Counted from the first letter of the stretch, positions 35,873 through 48,906 are shown. The stretch: DNA of 64,000 nt from Camelus ferus (GCF_009834535.1 NC_045698.1:108500001-108564000); one strand, 5' to 3'. The notes: a model not told the origin generated them from the letters alone. Program-made: numbers and translations.

Positions 35873-37054
35873 NNNNNNNNNNNNNNNNNGGCCTGGGGGG
35901 ATGTGGGAGATGGTTCAACAGGGAGCTGGATGACCTTTCGCCCTGGGTGTTATAAAGAGAGTTCTTGACTAGATGAAACCAGACACCTTCCTTCTTACAT
36001 TCTGGAATTCATAAGACTTAATTCTGACACGTTATGAAATAGCATGAACAGTGAGAGCCTTCACATAGGGCTTCAAATGGTTCTCAGATCAGTTTACCAA
36101 AAACTTGCCTCCAGTGCTTCCTTTTCTTGCTAAAAAGCAAATGGCATTGCGTTTTAGGGTTTGTGAAGTGCCATCACATCCTATAGAGCCAGATCCCTGG
36201 GTTCGGCTCTGGATCCCGTAACCACTGATGCAGAACTTGGTATCTCATCCATTTGACCCACTGACTTGTTTTAAGAGCCCAGGAAGGCCCCAGGCATCTC
36301 CCTTTCTACTGTTTCCTGGAACACATTCTTCTGTCTGAACCATCAATTGATTTTACAGTCTATGAAAGGGCACTGTAACCTCAACAGTCTTCAGCCAGAT
36401 ATCTAGAAGCCACAGTTCCTCCAGTTCCCAGAAGTAAAGCCTGTCCCCACCACAGAAGGAGCAGGTCTTTGTGTAGATCACTTGTCTTTTTAAATTACAT
36501 TTTTGCATTCAGATGAGCTAGTAAGGAAGGAGACTTTGCGATCATTTTTGAGCAGTGCTATACAATCAAAGATGGCAGTTTTAGGTACTTGACAACATGA
36601 CAGAGCTTGTTAATGGCTCTCAAGACCCCTGGGGCTCCCACAGGGAATCTCAGCGCCAGCTCAGCAATTACTCAGAGCCCTCAGCAACTGAATAGGAGAG
36701 ATTTGGAAAGTCAGGGGGTCTTTGAGGCATTAACTCTATGTTCTACTTTACAAAGTGTGGATCTGGCTTCTCAGAGAGAGAAACCAGCAAAAACTATTTC
36801 TATTGAGATAGGAGTTCTCTGAGCTGGAGTCAGAGGGTTGGAATTCTAATTAAGTAAAGAACAGAGTAATGGTTTAAATTAAAGACACTGGAGCCAGACT
36901 GCCCGGGATTCAAATTCCTAGTTCTCATGTTTACTAGCTCTGTGACATTGAGCCAGGTTTTAATATTCCTGCAGCTCAGTTTCTGATCTGTAAAATGGGC
37001 ATCATCATCATCATCATAGTTACCTTTAGAGAGCTTCTTGTGAGAGTTAAAAGA

Positions 37055-37118
37055 ATGTGTGTGTATGTATGTATATATATATATATATATATACACGTAT
37101 ACATACATACACACACAT
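37055..37118. repeat. Alternating purine-pyrimidine repeat with perfect 21-bp inverted arms, inside a MIR (~36860-37180)
   Basis: atgtgtgtgtatgtatgtata at 37055-37075 and tatacatacatacacacacat at 37098-37118, with a (TA)n spacer. Confidence 0.92.
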
Positions 37119-37219
37119 GCATACGTGTAAAGCACTTAGAGCCAGCCCCACAGAAAGTGAGGTGTGTAAGGATTTGCCTATTTTTCCTGTTCATAGTGTC
37201 AACTTATACTGGTGTTTTA

Positions 37220-37630
37220 TTTTTTCAGTTAAACTTTTAATTTTGAGATGCAGATTCAATACACATGTAAGAAATAATACAATGAGATCCCATGTACCAC
37301 ATATCCAGTTATCCCAGTGGTAACGTCTTGCAAAACAATAGTGCAATATCACAACGAGGAAACTGACAATTGCACTTGGCACATTCGAGGTACTGAATAT
37401 TTCCATCAGCACAAAGACCCTGTGTCGCCCTTTTGTAGTCATAATGCTTCCCTATCTCCTTCTCTTTTTCCCTTTCCCCAAGCAATCACTAATGTGTTCT
37501 CCATTTCTATAATTTCCTTATTTCGAGAATATGATAGAAATGGAATCACACAGTGTGTAATGTTTTGGGTTTGGCTTTATTCACCTGGCATAATTCCTTG
37601 GAGATTCATTCAAGGTGTTGTGGGTACGTA
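37220..37630 (-). mobile_element. L1MC-type 3' end fragment
   Basis: acttttaattttgagat..agattc..acacatgtaagaaataataca.tgagatcccatgtacc...ggtaacgtcttgcaaaacaatagtgcaatatcacaac. Confidence 0.75.
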
Positions 37631-40600
37631 CTGGTTTCTTGAGTCACTTCCTCTTTGGCATAAGTGTACTCATCTGTAAAATAGGAATGAAGGCCCCTGT
37701 TCTACAAAGCTGATAAAAAGATTAGATGAGATAGGAGGTAGAGGAAGTGCTGAATGATAATTCGGTATTCTTAATAGACTGATGACTCCTGCTATATTGC
37801 TGTATAAGAAAGCGAGTGCTTACCACACACCAGATACTATGCCAAGCCCTATTCATATATAATGCTACTTCAATCTCGCATCATCTCCATAAAACAGCTT
37901 CTATCAGTTTCCCTATTTTATAGATGAAGAAATAAGGAATTACACTTGCCTGGGGTTTTTCACAGCTGTCATATAAGAAAAGCATGAAGTCAAACCCATC
38001 TTGGTCTGACTACAGGGCCCAGCCTTTCAAAAATGCAACTTTTAGCATCTGCTGTCTATAGCCACCCACTCTGTAAGAGGACAAACTTGTGTTTTGTAGG
38101 GAAGCAATATTTTAGATGGTAGTATATAAACTTTTTTAATTGTTGGATTCTTCTAAGCCAAGATGCTGAAAGGATCTTACAAAATTCACACTTTACAGAC
38201 GGAATGACTGATGGTCATATTTGTTGAATGATTTGTTTCGAGTTCAGGCAACTGACTATTGACAATGACGATGAGTCTAGAATTGACGTCTTCTGATTTG
38301 CAGTCGCACATCTTGGCATCATCCTAGACTATCTAACACTCAGTTATTGGGATCCTCTCAGTCTAGCACAAATGTTCTGCCTAAACTGAGGAGGAAGGCA
38401 GTGACTCCAAATTCCAAATGGGGAGTTAATTGCCTGTCTCTACCTCTAGAGTTCTTACTAGAACAGAAGCACTATTCGGGCAGGGACTTCTGTTGGTTTT
38501 CTTTCGTGCTGTATTCACAGTGCCTTGAATGGTGCTTGGCACCTAGTAGGTATTCAATAAATATTTTTTGAATGAATGGCAAGAATAGGGAATCAGTGAA
38601 TGCTCTAAGAAAGAACCCAGATGTGAGATGGGTCTGGATAGCGACAGGTAGCCTTTGGATGGATAAGAGCCTTTAAGCTGGAGGTAAGAGCATGTAGGGA
38701 GGCCCAGAGGGCATGTGAGGGCCAAGATTCACAAGGTGGTTGAAGAGACCAAGTGGAGGATGACAATTGTCTACTGGGAGACAATGACGGGGAGAAGAAC
38801 ATATGATCATGATTATCTTTGGAAGCCATTCTAGAGTTTGGGGTTCATTCTGTAAACAGTGGAGAGGGCAGTGAAGGTTTGTGAGCAGGGAACAGGCTTA
38901 TCAGAATATAACGCTTTAGGACTGTATAAGACACCAAATTATGTAATACAGTCATTAAGTTCAGGAAAAGTTAGAGACGGATGAGGGAGACCAGGAGGAG
39001 GCCATCCATCACATCACCCTGTTTTATTGTCTTCACAGTGCTTTTCACCTGCTGAAATCTTACTCATTTATCTGTTTATACACTTACCATCTGGCTCCCT
39101 GCAAAAGTGTCAACTCAGTTCAGTGAGGGCCTGGGGACCTTGCCTCACCTGTTCATAGCTTGTCCTTAGCACATAGCATGGTGCTTGGCATATGGTCCGT
39201 GTTCAGTAAATATTTGTTGACTGAATTAATTAATCATAGATAGTTTTACAGAGTAGTTGGGATTAGAACTCAGCCATAAAGGTTATGAATAATTAGAGAG
39301 AATGGGAAAGGGCCTTCTAGACACAAAGACTGTGAGTTAAGGCAATCCAGCAGAAATGAGCTTTGAAGGAATGGGGTTAGTGAGGCAACGGACTCCAAAT
39401 GAAATTGCAGGTCACCTTTATAATGACCTTCTCAGTCGGTAATCCTGTCTGCATTTATCTCTACCTGTTCCGTGCAGGTCTCCTCCCAGTAAACGGTGAC
39501 CCCCAGGACAGTAAGCACCATGCTTGTTTCACTGTCCGCTCTACCCCCAGCCCAGTGCTTGGTAGACAGTCAGCACTTAGTCAATGTTTGTGAAAGGGTA
39601 CACAGGCCATTGGGTAGGTAGCTAACTAGATGGTTAGGAAGGTGGGTGTTAGGTCGAACCGTGTAAAATTCCTAATTTTTATCAGTCAAAAGTCATTCGT
39701 CATCAGCTGTTTCCTGCATTTCAACCTATAATTTCCTCTTCAGAGACTTTTCTTATCATTGCCTGGATGCAGTGGGTTTCCAGTTTCTTTTATTTGCTGC
39801 TCTGTGTTTATTAGAAGCTGAATAGGTTTCTGATCAAGGTGTCTCATTGTCGAAAGGGCGGCAAACCATTTGACAGAAAATGAAAAAGTGATGAAGAATT
39901 ACTAATAAAACTATCAGCCCAACAGTATGTGAGCCCCACAGAATTTCACATGCTAACCACTGTTTCAGAGCGTTCATTGTGTATGCTTGCATTTAATTAT
40001 TCCCTACATAAAAAATATGTGGGCTGCAATGCACATACACCCAATTAAGTAGATGTCTGAATGTGGATTTTAATAACCTTGAAATTTTATTCAGTTAGAG
40101 AAGAAGCCCACGTGCTTCTCATAAGTTTTGCACCTCCTTGAAGCAGTGCAGGGGGAGAGGCGCTGAGCAAGGTGTACTAACTTCAATTTGATGATCAAAA
40201 AGAGAAAGAACTAGATCAAGTTAACTTGAAGGCTGAATTAGGGTACAATCTTAGCTGTTTGCATGTTGGGTGGTGTATCTGGATGCCTAAGCAAACTTCT
40301 GGGTAGTTCTTTCTAGAAATATTTTTCCTGCCTACAATGATTAGGGGCAGTGTGAGCATTCAAGATGGAGAGGTGTCTGGGGCCCCTCGCTCTTAATCAG
40401 GCATCATGTAGAAAGGCTCACAATAGTCAGGTTCCTGTCCTGACCCTGCTATCAGACTTCTGTGAGATCTGGCAAATCACCCCCCATCTCTGAGCCTGGA
40501 CTTCCCATCTGTACAGGGAGAGGTTGGGCCAGGTGATCCTGGCATTCGCTTCCAGCTTCTAGGCTGAGTGGCTCATTGATGTCAGAGTACTAACTGGGTT

Positions 40601-41164
40601 AGAGAAGGCACAAAATTCAGGAAAGAAGGAACTGTATCTGAATATGGCCCATGCAAGGATTTGAAGGTCAAGAGCTGGGCTGGAATTACCTACCTACCCA
40701 TTTGACCATCCATCCACCCATCCACCCAGCTGTCCATCCAAGCAGCAGCCACTGTTATAACAATGACAGGGAATTCAACACAAGATTCCCAGTCTGCCTG
40801 GGAAGAATCTCCATGTACAGGGAAGGTTTTACGGAAGAAGCAAAGAGAGCATTTCAGCTGGTTCAGCTGGGACCTTGGGATTATGATAACACTAGTCTAC
40901 CCCTGGAATCAAGCAAAACTGATTTCAAATCTTGCACCAGCCACTTAATAACTGGGTACCTTAGGGAGTTTATTTAACTTCACGATGCCTCGATTCTTCA
41001 TCTGTGAAACAAGGGTATCAGCAATGCCACCATCATTGGATGGCTGTGATACTGTACTCTGAGTACTTAGGGTAGGACGGGGCACAGAGTCAGAACTCAA
41101 TTAGTGTCAGTTGTAGCTTCAATCGTCAGTATGATTAATGGAGCCCCTCTTGTGTGTCTTGTAG

Positions 41165-41218
41165 ATTATAAAGCTGGAGAAGAATGGCATTGGCTACCAC
41201 TACATCCTTGCAAATCTG
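41165..41218 (+). CDS. GRIA1: GRIA1 coding exon (human exon 5 equivalent), 54 nt, phase 0/0; too short for the ORF track
   Basis: cttgtgtgtcttgtag|ATT ATA AAG CTG GAG AAG AAT GGC ATT GGC TAC CAC TAC ATC CTT GCA AAT CTG|gtgagt encodes IIKLEKNGIGYHYILANL. Confidence 0.97.
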
Positions 41219-41994
41219 GTGAGTAGAGGACACTGCAGGTCTCAAAGACGGAGTCTTTCTGTGTTTGGGAACTGGCTTGCTTCTGTTGTCCCTGGCTGTT
41301 GGGAATTGTGTGGGTGGGAGGAAAGATTCTGAGCTTTAACCTTCTTCCCTCCACATCATGACTTGTCAAACCACAGCACACTCATGGTGAATCTCTAAGC
41401 TTCCTTGGAAGAGATGGTGCTGGGGGGCAGGCCTTCATCAGTCATCACAATTCCAGCTTTAATTGGCTCTGCCACTGGGCAATAAGGACAAAATCACCAC
41501 ATCTTTAAATGGATACAAGACGTTTTGACTCCACTGATTTTGACCTTCTGTCTTGACACTGATGATAGTTTTACTCTTTATAAATACAAGCATTTAAATC
41601 ATAGTGATACTAGCACTGACAAATCTTTAGCCAGAAACAGTTTTACAGCATGAACGATATTATGTCAATTTAGTTTTTATCATTTTTTATGTGGCATAGC
41701 TAAGCTCTCTTTTACAGAAGATTTTTATTCATTTTAAGGTACTGCAGTTATTTTTATTGGGTGCAATTATTTTCCATGGCATGAAGACTTGATTCATAAA
41801 ATAATTTTTTGTACACAGTAAATTTTACCTAGTAGCATGCACCATTGTGAGTTTTCTTTTGTGGCCGATGTTTCTGGCAAGTTTCTTTTTCCTGGGTCAT
41901 GTTTTGCTCATCCACCTTTTTTAATCATCAAATTTGATTCTGGAAGTAGTTTTTTCCCAGAGCCAAATGTAATTTTATTTTGCCTTTGTCTTTT

Positions 41995-42580
41995 TCTCCC
42001 CAAGAGTTTTACTAAGATTCACATGCCATACAGTGCATCCACTTAAAGTGTACAATTCAATGGTTCTACATATATTCACAGAATTGTGAAACCATCACCA
42101 CAATCCAATTTTAAAACTTTTTCATCACCCCAAAAAGAAACCCCATACCCACTAGCAGTTACTCCTCATCGCCCCCTCTGCCAAATTCCTACAGTCCTAG
42201 GCAACCAGCAATTTACTTTCTATCTCTATGGATTTCCCTTTTCTGGACATAACATTTAAGTGGACTCATACAATATATAGTCCTTTGTGACTGGCATGTT
42301 TTCAAGGTCATCCATGTAGTATGTGTATCAGTACTTTATTCCTTCTTATTGCCAAATAACGTTATGTTATATGGATGTATCCATTTTGGTTTATCCATTC
42401 ATTGGTTGATGGACATTTGGGTTGTTTTCACTTTTTGACTGCTGTGAATAATGCTACTATGAACATTTCTGTACAGGTTTTTCTCTTGAGCATACCCCTA
42501 GGAGTGGATTTCTGGGATATATTGTAACTCTATGTTTAATACTTTGAAGAATTCCTAAACTGTTTTCCAAAGTGGCTGCG
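41995..42580 (-). mobile_element. L1MB-type 3' end fragment
   Basis: ttcacatgccatacagt.catccacttaaagtgtacaattcaatggtt...atttttcatcaccccaaaaagaaacccc...tggacatttgggttgttttcactttttgactgctgtgaataatgctactatgaacatt. Confidence 0.85.
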
Positions 42581-45092
42581 TCCCTCAGCAAATTTTAATA
42601 AATAACAAATTTTGCCATGTGACAGTTCGAGCAATTGTGAGAGTTCCTCAATGATAGCTTTTTCTATGAAATTTGCTTATTATTCTGGGCTATCTTTATG
42701 ATTTTCCGTGTTTCCATTAAGATATGACTTTTAGCTTTTTGTCTTTTACAAATCACATCACTCAATTTTAGCCATGTTATTTTGTGTTGATTATTTCTAT
42801 GAGCAATATTTATTAAGTGAACAAAAGACGTATTTTCTACTTATTTTTGGAATAAATATCATTAGTAGAACAAAGACACAGGGTCTGGGTATAAAACAGC
42901 AGGTTCTAAAAATGGGACCAAAACATCTTGCCTATTCTTAAGCTCTGACTCTCTTTCTGGGCTGACCTCCAGCCTCTGACAAATCCCTGTCTAAACCTTC
43001 TTTCCCCTTCAAAACTGCTTTGCCTTGGCTGTTCTAGTATTTCAGGATCAGAACTGGAAATAAGGAGTTATTGAGACAGGTTAATTTACAATCTGCGATT
43101 AATAGATATGTTACTTTTCTCAGAGATATTTGCATTTTAAATGGAATGGAACTGTCCAGAGAATTTTGGGGAACCAAGGGTTTCACCCTAAAAGGCCATT
43201 TGCAAGGATGAAATGTTTTGACTTTGTAATGAAGGAACTCTTGACATTCTTCAAACCTCAGATCCTTAGTGCTAGAAGGAACTTTGGAAATCAGCTCAAT
43301 CTCAATCCCATTTGCAGGCAGGGAAACATTTTGCTTGTAGTCAAACCAGCGAGGTGGTACGACTTGGCCAGGGTCACACAGCAAGTCAGTGATAGAGCTA
43401 GGCCTAGCACCAAGGTTAGGAGCTAGCATCCAGTCATCGAGTGCCTTTTCCACTACCTCAGGACATCTCTCCGTACAGACCCATGTGGGCACCCTGCTGC
43501 TTGAGAATACACAGAACAAGGCTGGGGGCACACATCATCACCTCTCTAGGGTAAGACAGAAATTACACATCAGTGGCCTCAAAGCCACTGAAAGACCTCA
43601 GGTAATTACATTGCCAGCCTCCATCTGTTGCCAAGTGACCCCTCGGTCACAGCATTACCAAGTCAGCCCTTTGGGTGTCTGTATCCTTCTGATCTGTATT
43701 TTTTTTTTTAACTGACCTAATGAGCTCTCAAATTCTTACAAATGCCAGCTAATAGGATGCAAATTGCATATACCATCCAAATACAAAAGGCTTGCATGTT
43801 CCAATAGATTAGTTGATAATTAGGCTTCAGATTACTAATTAATTCACTTTGAAACATAGTTGAGTATGTAGTGTTGAGTATTCCTTCAGAGGAATAACGC
43901 AATTTATAAGATGATAACAGTTTTAGAAATTCCACCACGTAATTAGCCCACTGCTGCATGGAACTGACCCCCTCCTTCCGAGTGTTTCTGATTAGGGTGT
44001 AATTATAGAGTTAGAAACCAAGGAAGCTTTTGAAAGGTTTAACAAAAGGAGGGAGCTGCACTTTATTTTGCAGTTCTTTCTGTCCCTGTCAGAATGCATG
44101 AGCTTCAAAGTAGCCAACGGCATTCCTCTAACAGATCACTTTGGAGGGATGCCTTTTCGGCTTTAGTGGGTTGCTAGAAGGGAGGATGGAAAGAAAGAGA
44201 CCATGGGTGAGAGAGGAGAGCTTTGTAACAGGGAGTCATTAAAAAAAAAAAGAAAGAAAATCCTTGCTTTCTGTCCAAACACCACCCTCAGCTAGTGATC
44301 TTGGGCAACTCTCCAGCCCTCAGTTTCCTCATCTGTATACTGGGAATAATAATTCCTACTAGACATGCTCATGGAGTCACTGGGGAAACCGAATATGTTG
44401 CTGAATGTTAAGTGTTCTTCATAGATGGGGGATCCTTACTTCATACACCGAATTGACCCATCTGTACATATTCACCTATTGCGTGTATGTGTATGTGCAT
44501 ATGTTTGCAAGCACATGTATATGCTGATATATGTATTCATACTTTATATATGCTAGGATAGATGTGTATTTATGTTTCCATAGCACTGGTATGTCCATAA
44601 AGTGTACTTGAACGATGTAGAAAATGGTGAACTGTACTATCATTTCTTAATGAAGTCCCTGGGCCCCAGAGCCCACCGGAGAGCCAAGCTCTCCTGTCTG
44701 GCTGTCAGTCCTGCTCTAAACCCAGCAGTGACTCTGCTTTTACTCCCTGCTCTGAGATTGTGATCAAAGCAGACACCTACCAGCCGGAGCCCTCTAGAGT
44801 TATACGTCTTATCTTTGTGATGCAGCTGCAGCAAATCTTAGACCAAACTAGTATTTCTCAAAAGGGGGATACATGGACCCCTACCCTGTGGCCACAGAGC
44901 TAGTTTGGGAGACAATGAGCTAATGGTTAAATTCTCTGTTTCACTATCCAATTCGTTTATTTGAAACATGTTTTATTGAGTGATAGAATAAAAAATTTGA
45001 CAAGGAGCTTTTGAATTAATTGCAAAAAATATTTAACAGAAGGTAACATTTAAGATAACATTTCAATACAGTGAAGTAACCTAATAGTTTAA

Positions 45093-45257
45093 GGGGGAGG
45101 GTATAGCTCAGTGGTAGGGCACATGCTTAGCATGCACAAGGTCCAGGATTCAATCCCCAGTACCTCCATTAAAATAAATAAGTAAATAAACCTAATTACC
45201 TCCCCTAAAACAAAAATAAATAAATACATACATACATACATAAAAATTTTTTAAAAG
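45093..45257 (+). mobile_element. Vic-1-type camelid tRNA-derived SINE
   Basis: gggggagggtatagctcagtggtag (A box)...ggattcaatccccagtacctcc (B box with one change), then an A-rich tail containing cctaattacctcccc. 13-bp TSD cctaatagtttaa at 45080-45092 and 45258-45270. Confidence 0.88.
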
Positions 45258-46448
45258 CCTAATAGTTTAAAAAGCAAAAGACAAAGCTGGGGAGCAACTG
45301 AAAAACAATTTGAATTCCTATATACTGAGTCATTTCCGTTCTGTAAAAGATTATTTTGTTTGTCGCTTATCTGGACGACAATCTGTGTGGCAGAGGTGTG
45401 ATGACATGGCTAATAGTTCTATTCTTCAGGCCACTGAGACTGCAAACAGGAGTACTCACATGGTGGGGCACATGAATAGATTATTAATATGAATGATTTG
45501 AGTTTCACTGAAATTAAAAAGAACAACATTTAAAAATTCTTGTAGAGAACTAGCAAACCCCTGAGAATTTATAAAGCATCCAGCAGATCTGTCTACACCT
45601 CCTGAGGGGTTCGTATCAACAGTAGTAACAGCGATCCCTCCCGTTTTTTCACCATGTTGTAGCTTATGTGACATTTTTGCATGAATCGCACCACTGGGTT
45701 TTGAACCTCACGCTACTCCTGTGGAGTGAGCAACGTAGAATTCATCATCGCCATTTTACAGAGGTGAGTACTGAGGCTCAGAGATGTCACATGACCGAGC
45801 TGCAGAGGAGGAAGGCGAGCACGAATCAACAGAGTTTGGCTCTCAGGAATCTGACAAAAGCCAAGTGATGTGATCGTAAGAATAGGATGGCCAGCCTAAA
45901 CTGGTGCCCAGCATTTGGCGCCACTGAGCTAGAATTCCTTAAACCCTTAGTGACAATGACAGTTCACTGAATGACTGGTACTTTCCAGACACTATCATAT
46001 ATGCTTAAATGATGATGCATTAAACCCTCACAATGGTCCTTGAGGTTGGTACTATTATTCCTACTTTTCAGATGAAGAAACAGGTTCAGAAAGATGAGTG
46101 AGTTTTCCAGTCGCAAAGTTTATAAAGTTAAGGAGCTGGGCTTCCCCTCCAGGACTACAGAACTCTAAAATCCATATTCTTACTACTGTGCCATGTGACT
46201 GCTGAGCACGGGGGAGTTGGGGGCAGGTGCAAGGTGGAGGGCGGGCTCCTGATAAGAGGGCTTGCGTTTGAATCTTGCCTGCAGTTGCAGCAATAGACCT
46301 GGAATTCAAACTCCCATTTGATATATTATCCATTGTACACTGATGGAATTTCATTATAATTATACAGTTGGCCCTCCATATCTGTGGGTTCCACATCCAT
46401 AGATGCAACCAACCACAGGTCAAAAAGATTTAAAAAAAGAAAATCCAG

Positions 46449-46590
46449 TGGGGAGGGTATAGCTTAGTGGGAGAGCACATGTTTAGCATGCATGAAGTCC
46501 TGGGTTCAATCCCCAGTACCTTCATTAAAAATAATAATAACAAATAAATAAACCTAATTACCCTCCCCCCCAAAAAATAAAAAATTTTTA
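46449..46590 (+). mobile_element. Vic-1-type camelid tRNA-derived SINE nested in the MER2-like element
   Basis: tggggagggtatagcttagtgggagagcacatg...gggttcaatccccagtacc...aataaacctaattaccctcccc. 9-bp TSD aaaatccag at 46440-46448 and 46591-46599. Confidence 0.88.
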
Positions 46591-46682
46591 AAAATCCAGA
46601 AAGTTCCCAAAAGCAAAACGTGAATCTGCCACACACCAGCAACTATTCACATAGCATTTGTTTGTATTTATAGCTATTGACA

Positions 46683-46827
46683 NNNNNNNNNNNNNNNNNN
46701 NNNNNNNNNNNNNNNNNNNNNNNNNNNNNNNNNNNNNNNNNNNNNNNNNNNNNNNNNNNNNNNNNNNNNNNNNNNNNNNNNNNNNNNNNNNNNNNNNNNN
46801 NNNNNNNNNNNNNNNNNNNNNNNNNNN
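46683..46827. other. N gap, 145 nt, inside a MER2-like element
   Basis: Run of N. Confidence 0.99.
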
Positions 46828-47224
46828 GAACCAGTCCCTTGTACCAAGGGACGGCTGTAATTTCTACTGCATAAGGTAGCTGAGGGAGAGACAGAGGTCA
46901 GGTCATCTCAGGTCTTACCAGGGTATTTGGGGACCAGGGTGGTCAGCCATGTCCACCATCTGGTTGCAGATTGCCTCCTGTGAAATGTTATGGAGTTGGA
47001 AGTTCTGGACCGTGCACAGCTCATCAAGCCCCCAGCTCCATGCTGCCGCCCCTCTGCTGTATCAGTCCTGAGAAGAAACTGCTCTTTAGGCTCCTTGCTC
47101 ACCAGTGGTGAGAGATCTGTCTACACCTTCTGTAAGTCTGAGCTTGCCCTCCTTCCACACACGGCCCCTCAGGACCCACCCGGCCATGTTTGGTTTCTGC
47201 ATGGTTTCTTTGTTAGGGAGGTGG

Positions 47225-47480
47225 TGTAGTAGTTAGGAAGGGTGGCTCTGGGGTCAGACAGACCTAGGTTTGAATTCTGGCTTTATACTCATTAGCTGTG
47301 TGATATTAGAAGTTATCTACCCTCTCTGAGCTTTTATTGCCTCATCTGTGGAAAAAAGAATATGATATCATTTACCATCTCATGGGCTCTCAAGTGAATT
47401 AAGTTAAATAATACTTTAAAAAGTGCTCAGAGTAGTATTTGGCCCCAAATCAGCACTCAGTAAATGTTAGTAATTACCAC
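47225..47480 (+). mobile_element. MIR SINE (representative; similar MIR relics at ~5160-5290, 10085-10500, 13020-13220, 22060-22540, 33110-33400, 34180-34380, 40840-41110, 49570-49740, 50325-50530, 52760-52960, 53735-53930)
   Basis: gtgtagtagttagg..gctctggggtcagacagacctaggtttgaattctggcttt..ttagctgtgtga...ctctctgagc..ctcatctgt...cactcagtaaatgttagt, the MIR core pattern. Confidence 0.8.
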
Positions 47481-48865
47481 CATATTAATCACAGCCATCA
47501 CCATCATCATTGTTGTTATTAACAGGGAAAGAAGACACTTAACATCTGGGGACAAGATACTATCCTTGAGGTTCCTCAACCTCTTTCCAGACTAAATCTC
47601 TTCCACAAATAATACCCAGTTACATAATGCCTTCCTCCCTGTTGTCGATAAGCTCCTGGAGGAAGGACTGTCTGCCTTTCTCACCGATGAACTCCCAGTT
47701 CCCCAGACAAAGTGAGGTGCATGTAATGGTGTTCTTTCAAAAGTCACTGAATGAGAGAGTGAGTGAGTGAATGAAATGACTTCTTGGGAAAGAAACAATG
47801 TTGGTACCCACTTATCACATGCATTTAAAGGCAAATTCCTTGTGTCTGTGCAAAAAAAATAATAAAACAGAGATAATGGGAATATGAATACAGCTATGAA
47901 TATGCAAATGAGGAGGCAGAGATGGGCCTCAGAGGGCATCCAATCTACTTCCCATAAAGGGCCAGATCTCCTCTACAACATTGCTAGCAGAAGCCCATCC
48001 ATCTGGTTCCTGCTCAAACAATACCCAGTGATGGGGAACTTGTTCCTCTGAGGCAGCCCTTTCTCTTCTCAAAGGGCTCTGACAGGTTCCACCATCTTCC
48101 TTGAATGGGGCCCAGCCTGCCCTGTGTTACCCTCTCCTCACTGCTGGCTCCACCCGCCCTCTTGGGAACCTTGCGGAGCAAGTCTGCTGCCCTCCCTCCA
48201 CAAAGCAGCCTTTGTGTGTGCAGAACCGACTACCCTGCTTGCCCTTGGCATTTGGCTCCTCCAGCTTGGACACCTCCTGGTTCCCCCAGCACCTTCTCAC
48301 AGGATGGTTCTAACAGCCAACCGAACGAACATTAAGTGTGGACCAAGCATATCCGTGTGCCTGCCACTGCACTGGGCTCATACCAGAAGCACAAAGAAGA
48401 ACGCAGCTTGACTTCTGCCCTGGGAGCAACTTGGCTTTGTCTTCAAGGTAGACTGGAACATGCAAATAAAGTTTTAAAAGAATGCCAGGGAAAGGTCACA
48501 GCGTGTGACGGTAACACAAGTCCCATAAACGGCCACTCAAACTGCCAGAGCATGGTGGTCCGAGGCTCAAGAGGCCTCGGGAGGCTGCAGGTTCCCAGAA
48601 AGATCATGATGGTGCATCTGTGCGGCCAGGGCTCCTGTGAAGAGTGTGCCTTTGAAGAGTCCAGTGGAGCTGGAGCTGAGGGGTCCCCAGAACTCATCTC
48701 ATCCAGCCTCTCCCTCATTCTGCAAAATGGGCTCTCGACGCCCAGAGAAGGGACATGACCTGCTTGAAGTCACTCAGAAGTTAAACAGGATAGCTGGGCT
48801 GGGATTTGCAGAAATCCTTTGCTCTGTTCCTTGTTTCTTCTTTTGTCCCTTTGCGGCCTCTCACT

Positions 48866-48868
<3 letters not shown>

Positions 48869-48904
<36 letters not shown>
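48869..48904. repeat. (GT)18 microsatellite
   Basis: Perfect GT run. Confidence 0.98.

Positions 48905-48906
<2 letters not shown>

Larger units (their letters stand above)
46365..46857 (+). mobile_element. MER2-like (TcMar-Tigger) MITE interrupted by a Vic-1 SINE and an N gap
   Basis: TA|cagttggccctcc...aagggacggctg|TA terminal inverted repeats with TA duplication. Confidence 0.85.

Noticed and set aside
45093-45165. tRNA-like sequence (also 46450-46520)
   Set aside because: These are SINE heads with A-rich tails and TSDs, not tRNA genes.
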